Source of the DNA: an uncultured Gammaproteobacteria bacterium
Lineage (GTDB): Bacteria > Patescibacteriota > Microgenomatia > Daviesbacterales > UBA10151
Assembly (NCBI GenBank): GCA_964522265.1
Contig: CAZFVS010000047.1
Coordinates: 1,464 to 8,260, forward strand
Reading direction: 5' to 3'
DNA: 6,797 bases
The stretch's first letter is position 1. Each line of letters starts with the position of its first letter. A program made the translations under genes and the position numbers. The notes beneath the pieces were generated by a model. It did no database searches, was not told the origin of the DNA, and saw only the letters and a program-made list of their open reading frames with translations. This document shows, one piece after another, positions 1 through 5,663 of the stretch.

Positions 1-466
1 CATTGACAATGGAAAACGCGTCCAGCAGAGTCGTATTTTTATCAATGATCTGCATAATATCCCTATCTCCAGTCAGTACGACCACTTCCAGATTTTTCTC
101 TGATTTTGCCTGCTGCGCCAGGGTTCCTATCAGATCATCCGCCTCATACCCTGACAGACTGAACTGGGGTATATTTAACGCCTCAGTGACCTCATGGACT
201 CTTCTGTACTGGGAAGACAAACCATCATCTGCCGGCCCTCTGGTAGCTTTATATTGGGTGTAGGCCTGGTGGCGGAATGTAGGTCCTTTTCCATCCCAGG
301 TCACTGCTATAAAATCAGGTTTGAGATCGTTTATTGCTTTAAGCACCATGGAAGTAAAACCATACACAGCATTAACCAGTTCGCCTTTTGGGGTAGTCAT
401 CGGAGGAAGCGCATGATAAGCCCTATGCAGCAGCGCATTGCCATCTATCAACACTAACTTCTTCAT
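1..466 (-). CDS. polA: DNA polymerase I-type 5'-3' exonuclease (FEN/53EXO) domain, N-terminal 155 codons. The gene continues beyond the left window edge and could be full-length PolA or a stand-alone 5'-nuclease.
   Basis: Reverse-strand translation from the ATG at 466-464 gives MKKLVLIDGNALLHRAYHALPPMTTPKGELVNAVYGFTSMVLKAINDLKPDFIAVTWDGKGPTFRHQAYTQYKATRGPADDGLSSQYRRVHEVTEALNIPQFSLSGYEADDLIGTLAQQAKSEKNLEVVVLTGDRDIMQIIDKNTTLLDAFSIVN. There is no stop before position 1. It matches the E. coli Pol I 5'-nuclease motif for motif (LVDGSSYLYRAYHAFPP / GVEADDVIGTLA / TGDKDMAQL). It is not in the ORF track because it is open at the edge. Confidence 0.9.
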   Translation of the reverse strand, partial: MKKLVLIDGNALLHRAYHALPPMTTPKGELVNAVYGFTSMVLKAINDLKPDFIAVTWDGKGPTFRHQAYTQYKATRGPADDGLSSQYRRVHEVTEALNIPQFSLSGYEADDLIGTLAQQAKSEKNLEVVVLTGDRDIMQIIDKNTTLLDAFSIVN

Positions 467-472
467 GAGTGA

Positions 473-481
473 ATTTTAACA
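473..481 (-). promoter_or_regulatory. Putative extended -10 promoter element (TGtTAAAAT) for the polA-like gene
   Basis: The minus strand reads TGTTAAAAT-tcactc-ATG, so only 6 nt separate the -10 hexamer from the start codon at 466. There is no SD in between. Confidence 0.4.
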
Positions 482-505
482 GAATTTGCCAGAGAATGTT
501 ACAAT
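476..505 (+). promoter_or_regulatory. Putative sigma70-type promoter for the DUF4258-like/DUF2283 operon: -35 TTAACA, 18-nt spacer, extended -10 TGtTACAAT
   Basis: TTAACA lies at 476-481 and TGtTACAAT at 497-505. The spacer tccctg (6 nt) is followed by the GTG at 512, with no SD. The -35 overlaps the divergent polA -10 element. Confidence 0.4.
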
Positions 506-511
506 TCCCTG

Positions 512-790
512 GTGAAAATTATTTTTAAACAACATCTGGTATTGCAATTATCGGCTCGTAAATTCTCAGAAAAACTTCCTAAATTAATCCTGATATCACC
601 AGACGAAAAATATTTTGATCCTATTAGAAACCACAATATTGCTATTAAGAAACTTCCCTATCATGGAAAATTAAGGATCATTGTAATTGTGTATGATATA
701 ATTGATTCAGTTATTGAGGTTATAACTATTTATCCTGCAAGCTTAAAAGAGATCAGGAACAGAATAAAAAACCAAAGGTGGATAAAATGA
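512..790 (+). CDS. DUF4258-like small protein, putative toxin partner of the downstream DUF2283 protein
   Basis: This is a 92-codon ORF starting at GTG. Its N-terminal KQHLVLQLSARKF segment and C-terminal IEVITIYP segment resemble the DUF4258 pattern (HAxxRMxxR ... vITvY). Its stop overlaps the next gene's ATG (ATGA at 787-790). The family assignment comes from memory of the profile and was not searched. Confidence 0.6.
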   Translation: MKIIFKQHLVLQLSARKFSEKLPKLILISPDEKYFDPIRNHNIAIKKLPYHGKLRIIVIVYDIIDSVIEVITIYPASLKEIRNRIKNQRWIK

Positions 791-1047
791 TGAAAAAGAA
801 TGAACCAAAAATCTATTATGATAAAGTGGCTGATGTCCTATGGTTTATGATTAAAGCAGGATTTACTGTAGATCATACAGAAATTATTCCTGGTGTAAGT
901 TTAGAGATTGGAGAAAAAGGTGAAATTATGGGAATCGAGATTTTGGATGCTACAGAAGTTTTAGGAGAAATATTTGGGAAAAATCTAAAAACATCAAAAA
1001 TAGCGAATACTCCAATAGCTACATTTGCCCACAAAATCCAAAAATAA
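787..1047 (+). CDS. DUF2283 domain protein, putative antitoxin partner of DUF4258
   Basis: The protein contains KIYYDKVADVLWFMIKAG...GEKGEIMGIEILDATEVL, which matches the DUF2283 signature (YDxEADxLYI ... G.lvGIEILdAs). I prefer the ATG at 787, which is preceded by AAAGGTGG (774-781) as an SD, over the GTG at 778 in the ORF track. Confidence 0.8.
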   Translation: MMKKNEPKIYYDKVADVLWFMIKAGFTVDHTEIIPGVSLEIGEKGEIMGIEILDATEVLGEIFGKNLKTSKIANTPIATFAHKIQK

Positions 1048-1048
1048 T

Positions 1049-1823
1049 CTAGCTCCTATTATTTCTAATCCTTTTTAACGCAGGATCTGTCAGCTTTTGA
1101 GGCTCTAAATTGTACCACAGATGATTATAATCAGAGACAACAGTGAAGCTTGCATTAGGTAATAGTTTTTGCATTTGCTGGCCGGATTTAATAGGGATGT
1201 ACTGGTCTTTTCTCCCCCATAGTAGATCAACAGGTGAAGAAACTAAAGGCAGACGATCTCTTAGATCTGCATTGCTTGCCAGTTTTAAACCCCATAAGAT
1301 GCTCCATGGATCTTTTCGAAATCGTTTTAAGAATAAATGTGGCCCTGGATCTTTCAATCTTACTTCTTTGGGTACTTGGCTATTTTGGTGAACCATTTTA
1401 ATAAATTCTATTAACCATCTATAGAGCGAGCGTTGAAGAGGCCATCCAACAGGGCTACCAGCAGTAATACTTTCTATATTCTGAGGGTGTTGTGCGGCTA
1501 GTTCCCAACTAACGCCCCCCCCCAAGGGAACAGGCTACAATATGTGTTTTGTTTTGCAAATCAACTATTTCTAGTTCTTGTAGTGTATTTGCTATTCCTC
1601 TAAAGCTAGGCGCTTCCTTTTCTCTTAATAAAACACTGATTATATCAAAAAGGTTAGGAGCTATTACTCTGCCGACTTCTGAAAGTTGCTCTATATGCTC
1701 TGTCATGCCAGCCGGGAGTTGTCCTGCAGGATGAAGAAAAAGAATTTGCTCGCCGTTTACACCAGAGGTATGTATTTTTATCTTATTGATCTCTGTAACT
1801 TCTATTGGAGTAGAATTAGCCAC
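1049..1823 (-). pseudogene. Alpha/beta-fold hydrolase interrupted by a +1 frameshift in a G9 homopolymer. It would be intact (about 257 aa) with G8.
   Basis: ORF 1509..1823 ends ...HIVACSLGGGR*, and ORF 1049..1525 begins (TTG)GGGVSWELAAQHP. Removing one G from the run joins them as ...VACSLGGGVSWELAAQHPQNIESI.... This gives a GxSxG-like nucleophile elbow (A-C-S-L-G), plus a candidate catalytic Asp (GRKDQYIP) and His (DYNHLWYNLEP) downstream. Confidence 0.8.
1515..1523 (-). repeat. Homopolymeric tract: C9 on the plus strand, G9 in the gene's sense strand
   Basis: Direct reading gives aacg-ccccccccc-aaggg. The tract encodes the Gly run immediately after the nucleophile Ser codon (1529-1527). 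Confidence 0.95.
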
Positions 1824-1830
1824 AGGTTAT

Positions 1831-1839
1831 ATTATAACA
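1831..1839 (-). promoter_or_regulatory. Putative extended -10 (TGtTATAAT) for the hydrolase gene
   Basis: The minus strand reads TGTTATAAT-ataacct-GTG, so 7 nt separate the -10 from the GTG start at 1823. There is no SD. Confidence 0.4.
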
Positions 1840-1847
1840 CAAGAATT

Positions 1848-1877
1848 AATTATAGGATAATATTAGATTAGGATAAT
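1848..1877 (-). promoter_or_regulatory. Two direct copies of ATTATCCTA (minus-strand sense), spaced 16 bp start to start. The proximal copy is part of the 12-mer TATCCTATAATT, which is also found at 2629-2640.
   Basis: On the plus strand TAGGATAAT occurs at 1853-1861 and 1869-1877, and AATTATAGGATA occurs at 1848-1859. The region lies upstream of the hydrolase start. It could be a second -10 (TATAAT at 1854-1849) or a regulator-binding site. Confidence 0.3.
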
Positions 1878-1895
1878 TTTAATATTTTTTAAAAT

Positions 1896-1920
1896 GGGGG
1901 GCGATGTTCTATCGCCCCCC
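1896..1920 (-). terminator. Rho-independent terminator for the GC-rich secreted-protein gene
   Basis: The structure is a perfect 10-bp GC-rich stem (GGGGGGCGAT) with a 5-nt loop (gttct) and the matching arm ATCGCCCCCC. On the minus strand it is followed by ATTTTAAAAAATATT. It lies 14 nt past the stop codon at 1935-1937. Confidence 0.7.
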
Positions 1921-1934
1921 GAAACCAAGGAAGG

Positions 1935-2555
1935 TCAGACCGATTGTGCTGAGGGATCATATTTCCCCAGCATCTTTTCTGTAATCAACCTGACTACAGG
2001 AAGAAGCACCTTATCGTACTCTTCCGGATCAGGCAACAATCCCTCGTTCGTTGCGGTCTTCGTAACCTCAACCAACAAGAGATTTTGGCCAGCCGGGATC
2101 CATCGGAAAATGGAACCCGTGGCCTCTCCAGTGTCACGGTCACGGAACAAAACCGCGACCTCGTAGGAACCCCTAGCACCATACGCTTCCTCTGGCGCCA
2201 GGGGGAAAATCAACCCCCCTACCATGGTTGGCTGCAACTCAGCCAGAACCTGAGCAAAAAGCTCATTAGGCTTTTGCTCAGGCTGAGCTTCATAGAGGTG
2301 AAGGTTGAAATCAACCCCTCCACCGTTCAGCTCGTATCCCAAACTGTCTGACCAACCCACCACGCTGGTGTGTTGGCCGACCCGGCTAAAACCGTCTATC
2401 TTCCTCAGGGTAAGACCCTGACCGATCGCCTCAACAAGCTCCGTTTCCGAAACCTGCTGGAGCACATTATCCGAACTACCGAACACAGGAGCCGGGAAAA
2501 ACCCTGCCCCGAACACACTGACGCAGAGCGCCAGTGATACCAAAACCCTCACCAC
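1935..2555 (-). CDS. Hypothetical exported protein (206 aa) with an N-terminal signal peptide and no family I can recognise
   Basis: The ORF is long and GC-rich. AAGGAGG at 2564-2558 precedes tandem GTG codons at 2555 and 2552, and spacing favours 2552 as the start. The N-terminus MVRVLVSLALCVSVFGAGFFPAPVFG/SSD looks like a Sec signal peptide. A strong terminator lies downstream. Confidence 0.75.
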   Translation of the reverse strand: MVRVLVSLALCVSVFGAGFFPAPVFGSSDNVLQQVSETELVEAIGQGLTLRKIDGFSRVGQHTSVVGWSDSLGYELNGGGVDFNLHLYEAQPEQKPNELFAQVLAELQPTMVGGLIFPLAPEEAYGARGSYEVAVLFRDRDTGEATGSIFRWIPAGQNLLLVEVTKTATNEGLLPDPEEYDKVLLPVVRLITEKMLGKYDPSAQSV

Positions 2556-2628
2556 AACCTCCTTGGGTTTTCAATGTGCCTGCAGGAAAACCGAGTCTTC
2601 CTGACAAACTGAACAAACTATATCATAG

Positions 2629-2640
2629 AATTATAGGATA
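2629..2640 (-). promoter_or_regulatory. TATCCTATAATT motif (contains a consensus TATAAT -10) upstream of the GC-rich gene
   Basis: This is an exact 12-nt match to 1848-1859. The TATAAT lies at 2635-2630 on the minus strand, about 75 nt upstream of the start. I could not find a convincing -35. Confidence 0.35.
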
Positions 2641-2675
2641 TGCAAGCTCCACAATTACCGCCTGCTGTGGAAGAT

Positions 2676-3725
2676 TCATTTATCAATTTTTTTGTTTGCT
2701 ACAGACAGCATAGATTCCGGAAATTCAATCCCGGCAGCCCTGGCTCTGACCAGATCGAGAATGAGCAGGCTTTTTGAACCATATTCAATGGGAATATCTT
2801 TTGCTTTGGTTCCATTAAAGATCTTTTGTACCATGACTGCAGCCTGAGCTGCAGATGCATGGAAATCATCAGAGAAAGCAAAATTCCCACCGGTAAGCAA
2901 ATCCTCTGACGGCGCTACATAAGGGATGTGCAAACGGTTTGAAAGCAGTGTTTCATCAGCCTCCTGCGATGTGCCTGGGGCGGGGTTTTGGGAATCATAA
3001 AAATGACCGGGCAGATGAACAAGACCATCGATATCGCCGGGTTTAATTTTATCAGCTACTTCGGCCCAGTTTTCTCTTGTTGGGCTTGGCGGCTTCTGGG
3101 TTTTATATTCTACAATAGAAAGCCCAAATCTTGGCGCCTGGCTGTTTAGTTCCTTGAGAATTTCATCGCTTAACCCCGGCACCATAAATCCATCAGTGAA
3201 GACACCTATTTTTTTAGCATTAGGATTGATCTCTTTGAAGAATAACAAAATTTTTTGGATTGACTGCGATAAATTCGTAGCCACCCCTGTAATGTTATTG
3301 CCTGAAGACTTATAAGATTCGATTAGCCCAACGCTAAGCGGATCGTGGAATCTGGTGGTAAAGACGATTGGTATATCACTGCCCGATTTTTTAACAAAAT
3401 CAAGTGCAACCTTTGCGCTGCTTTCGAAGCTAATGAAAAAAATATCAACTTTATCAGCCACTAATTTTTGTACAGCCTTACTTACATCCTCTTCCAGTTT
3501 TGGTCCTGCTATAATAATCTCTTCGTCATATTTAATATCTTTATCAGTATATCCCAATTTTCTCATTCCTTCTTTGAAACCTTCAAGAGCATCAATATGC
3601 TGGCGGAAATATATCGTGCCGATTACTTTTGGTTTTGCAGCAACATTTTTACTTGCAGGCCGGTATATAAACCATCCAGCTGCTCCTAAAATGATAATTA
3701 CAATAAACAGCATCAAGATTTTCAT
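2676..3725 (-). CDS. PF04392 (ABC_sub_bind)-type periplasmic/extracytoplasmic solute-binding protein with an N-terminal membrane anchor or signal sequence
   Basis: The 349-aa protein starts with the hydrophobic helix MKILMLFIVIIILGAAGWFIY. Family-typical blocks are present: IPIVFTTRFHDPLSVGLIESYKSSGNNITGV, AKKIGVFTDG, and the C-terminal AAQAAVMVQKIFNGTKAKDIPIEYGSKSLLILDLVRARAAGIEFPESML. The profile match is recalled, not searched. Confidence 0.8.
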   Translation of the reverse strand: MKILMLFIVIIILGAAGWFIYRPASKNVAAKPKVIGTIYFRQHIDALEGFKEGMRKLGYTDKDIKYDEEIIIAGPKLEEDVSKAVQKLVADKVDIFFISFESSAKVALDFVKKSGSDIPIVFTTRFHDPLSVGLIESYKSSGNNITGVATNLSQSIQKILLFFKEINPNAKKIGVFTDGFMVPGLSDEILKELNSQAPRFGLSIVEYKTQKPPSPTRENWAEVADKIKPGDIDGLVHLPGHFYDSQNPAPGTSQEADETLLSNRLHIPYVAPSEDLLTGGNFAFSDDFHASAAQAAVMVQKIFNGTKAKDIPIEYGSKSLLILDLVRARAAGIEFPESMLSVANKKIDK

Positions 3726-3768
3726 ATTTAGATATACTGTAAATTAACAGTAAGAAATAACTTTGTAT

Positions 3769-3796
3769 TTGTCAAGTATCCTGAAAAGTGTATTAT
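3769..3796 (+). promoter_or_regulatory. Putative promoter of the sensor kinase gene: -35 TTGTCA, 16-nt spacer, -10 TATTAT
   Basis: TTGTCA lies at 3769-3774 and TATTAT at 3791-3796. The spacer aaatat (6 nt) is followed by the ATG at 3803, with no SD. The reverse complement of 3770-3775 is a perfect TTGACA facing the SBP gene. Followed by a 17-nt spacer and TACTGT (3752-3747), it would give back-to-back promoters with overlapping -35 boxes. Confidence 0.4.
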
Positions 3797-3802
3797 AAAT
3801 AT

Positions 3803-5635
3803 ATGGGAAACCTGCACTTGTTTCCAAAAAAGCTGCGGTTAAGAATTAAATTTACAGTTCTTTTTGTCTCCTTAGCCCTCCTTCCATTGCTTTTAGGTAT
3901 GCTGATTACAATCATTGATATGCAAAATATTGAAAAGACCGGTGCCTTGCGCTTCAGTGAGCAGGTAGCTCGAACGGTTTCTGAAAAAGTCAAATCTTTT
4001 ATAGAATCTCAGTTTGGGGTATTGGAGCATATTAGCACCAATCCTGAAATTTTTGAAGAGAAAAAGCAGACAACAATCTTGGAGCGCACGCTTTTCAAAA
4101 ATATTAATTTTACTGATATTGCAATTGTCAATGTAGCGGGCAGAGAGATTGCGAGAAGCAATAACTTACGGGTGGTAACTAAAGATCAGTTGAGGGATAG
4201 ATCCCGAAGCCCTGAATTTGAAGCGGTCAAGCATCTAAGGAGATATCTGAGCCAGCCTTATTTAAGCGAAGGGAAACCATTCTTTATAATCGGTGTACCG
4301 GCGTTTGGAGACAATAAAGAATTTATCGGTGCAATCTTTGGGATAGTCGACGCCAGGGTGCTGCAGGATGTGGTAAAAAATATCTCCTCCTCCTCCAAAA
4401 CATCCAGAGAGTATATTCTGGATGAAAATAATATAGTGATTGCTCATCCGGACATCTCCCAGGTCTTACTACAAAAAGATTTTTCCCTCGTAGAAGTGGT
4501 AAGCGCAATAATCAATAATAAAAATGCTCCGCTTCTTGATACCTATAAAAACGAGCTGAACCAGGATGTTTTAGCTGCCGGGGTTACAATAGATTTACCG
4601 TTCGAATATCTGCGTCAAGCTATACTTCAGACTAAATGGGTTGTAATTGCGGAACAAACCGCCCCGGTAGCGCTAGCGGCAGTTCACCAGGTAACAGTTT
4701 TCACAATTATAACCACCTTACTCGTTTTGATCGTTGCAATATTTATAGCGCTGGTGGTTACCAATAAAATTGCCGGGCCTATTGAGCAGGTTCATAAAGC
4801 TGCAGAACAGATCGCTGCCGGAAATCTGGAATTTAGGGTTTTCGTCAACACAGGAGACGAGATAGAAGATCTGGCTGTCCAGTTTAACTCAATGTCGAGC
4901 CTAATAGAGAAGCAGATTAAAGATCTGCAAAAGACCGATAAGCTCAAAGACGAATTTATCGCCCTGGTTTCTCACAATCTAAGAACCCCTTTAACTGCAA
5001 TTAAAGGCTATATATCAGTTATCAAGAAGGCTTCAGTTTCTGAAGAAGAAAAAGGTCAGATTATGACTAAAATGTCTATGAGCACAGACTCTCTGGACAG
5101 ATTAGTTGACGAAATCTTATATATCAGTTCTGCCGGTTCAGACAGTTTCAATTTGGACTATCAACAAACGGATATATGCCAGCTAATTAACAAGGCTGTT
5201 TATGCAAATGATTTTATTGTGAAATCCAAAAATATTAACATCGCCATAAACTGCCAGCAAAATTTACCCGCCATCTTCATGAATACAAACAGAATACATG
5301 AGGTTCTGGTGAATTTACTTGATAATGCCGTTAAGTTTTCACAGGAATACAGTACTATTGAATTTAATTCGTGGGTTGAGGGTGATTATTTGATCACCAG
5401 CGTTAAGGATCATGGTGAGGGTATAGACGAATCAGTGTTACCTACTCTGTTTGAAAAATTCCATAGAGGTACAGATTATATGCAATATAATTACAAGGGA
5501 ATTGGTTTGGGTTTATATTTCTGTAAAATTGTGGCAGAAATGCATGGTGGAAGAATTTGGGTAGAATCAAAAAAAGGAATTGGTTCAACATTCTTCTTTT
5601 CGTTGCCTATTAAACATAAGGTGTTGACGGGCTAA
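3803..5635 (+). CDS. Sensor histidine kinase with domain order TM1, extracytoplasmic Cache-like domain (about 255 aa), TM2, HAMP, HisKA, HATPase_c
   Basis: The H-box is EFIALVSHNLRTPLTAIKGY, with the His codon at 4973-4975. The N-box is VLVNLLDNAVKFS, with the Asn codon at 5324-5326. G1 is VKDHGEGI and G2 is GIGLGLYFCKIVAEMHGGRIWVES. TM helices are FTVLFVSLALLPLLLGMLITII and VTVFTIITTLLVLIVAIFIALVV. HAMP-like sequence is IAGPIEQVHKAAEQIAAGNL...GDEIEDLAVQFNSM. Cache-like blocks are PFFIIGVPAF...FIGAIFGIVD and YILDENNIVIAHPD. I prefer the ATG at 3803 over the GTG at 3788 because 3788 lies inside the predicted promoter. Confidence 0.93.
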   Translation: MGNLHLFPKKLRLRIKFTVLFVSLALLPLLLGMLITIIDMQNIEKTGALRFSEQVARTVSEKVKSFIESQFGVLEHISTNPEIFEEKKQTTILERTLFKNINFTDIAIVNVAGREIARSNNLRVVTKDQLRDRSRSPEFEAVKHLRRYLSQPYLSEGKPFFIIGVPAFGDNKEFIGAIFGIVDARVLQDVVKNISSSSKTSREYILDENNIVIAHPDISQVLLQKDFSLVEVVSAIINNKNAPLLDTYKNELNQDVLAAGVTIDLPFEYLRQAILQTKWVVIAEQTAPVALAAVHQVTVFTIITTLLVLIVAIFIALVVTNKIAGPIEQVHKAAEQIAAGNLEFRVFVNTGDEIEDLAVQFNSMSSLIEKQIKDLQKTDKLKDEFIALVSHNLRTPLTAIKGYISVIKKASVSEEEKGQIMTKMSMSTDSLDRLVDEILYISSAGSDSFNLDYQQTDICQLINKAVYANDFIVKSKNINIAINCQQNLPAIFMNTNRIHEVLVNLLDNAVKFSQEYSTIEFNSWVEGDYLITSVKDHGEGIDESVLPTLFEKFHRGTDYMQYNYKGIGLGLYFCKIVAEMHGGRIWVESKKGIGSTFFFSLPIKHKVLTG

Positions 5636-5663
5636 AAAACGCTGTATGCTTAAAAATTATTTT

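Noticed and set aside
3-457. Plus-strand ORFs 3..263 and 194..457 from the ORF track
   Set aside because: They lie antisense to a minus-strand reading frame with unmistakable Pol I 5'-nuclease motifs. Their own translations are low-complexity and Cys/Ser-rich with no recognisable motifs, so they are shadow ORFs.
1049-1525. Treating ORF 1049..1525 (TTG start) as an independent gene
   Set aside because: Its apparent start lies inside the G9 tract. The upstream ORF supplies the missing N-terminal half and the nucleophile elbow of the same alpha/beta fold, so the two are one gene with a frameshift.
1143-1871. Plus-strand ORFs 1143..1391, 1549..1734 and 1686..1871
   Set aside because: They are antisense shadows of the alpha/beta-hydrolase frames or span its promoter region. 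They have no SD, promoter or motif support.
1894-2351. ORFs 1894..2166 (+), 2085..2351 (+) and 1994..2182 (-) inside the GC-rich segment
   Set aside because: Long alternative-frame ORFs are expected by chance in GC-rich sequence. Only the 1935..2555 frame has an SD, a signal peptide and a terminator. ORF 1894..2166 would start inside the terminator stem.
2523-2534. Possible lipobox (S-L-A-L-C) in the exported protein
   Set aside because: Leu at position -1 is non-canonical, and the Cys would be residue 11, which is too close to the N-terminus for a typical lipoprotein signal peptide. A signal peptidase I site near VFG/SS is more plausible. The lipobox reading is not strictly excluded.
2566-2603. 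Two mutually exclusive hairpins in the 5' leader of the GC-rich gene, considered as a riboswitch or attenuator. They are GGTTTTC/GAAAACC (2566-2572 with 2586-2592) and CAGGAA/TTCCTG (2583-2588 with 2598-2603).
   Set aside because: The stems are only 6-7 bp, neither sequesters the SD, the leader of about 70 nt matches no riboswitch class I recognise, and such pairings arise readily by chance. Testing would need covariation analysis in homologous leaders.
1848-2640. The 12-nt direct repeat as a target-site duplication of a mobile element
   Set aside because: There is no transposase, integrase or terminal inverted repeats between the copies. An exact 12-mer in an AT-rich 6.8-kb window is not far from chance expectation, and the repeat contains a TATAAT box, so promoter reuse explains it equally well. 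It is kept only as an alternative in the findings.
2699-3747. ORFs 2699..2890 (-), 3355..3747 (+) and 3468..3689 (+)
   Set aside because: They are alternative-frame or antisense shadows within the well-supported PF04392 SBP gene. Their translations are low-complexity.
3788-3802. GTG at 3788 as the kinase start (ORF track)
   Set aside because: It lies between the predicted -35 and -10 elements and adds only MYYKY. The ATG at 3803 fits the -10-plus-6-nt geometry seen at other genes. It cannot be excluded without TSS or N-terminal data.
3793-4508. Minus-strand ORFs 3793..3993, 4262..4447 and 4323..4508
   Set aside because: They are antisense to the histidine kinase coding frame and have no independent signals.
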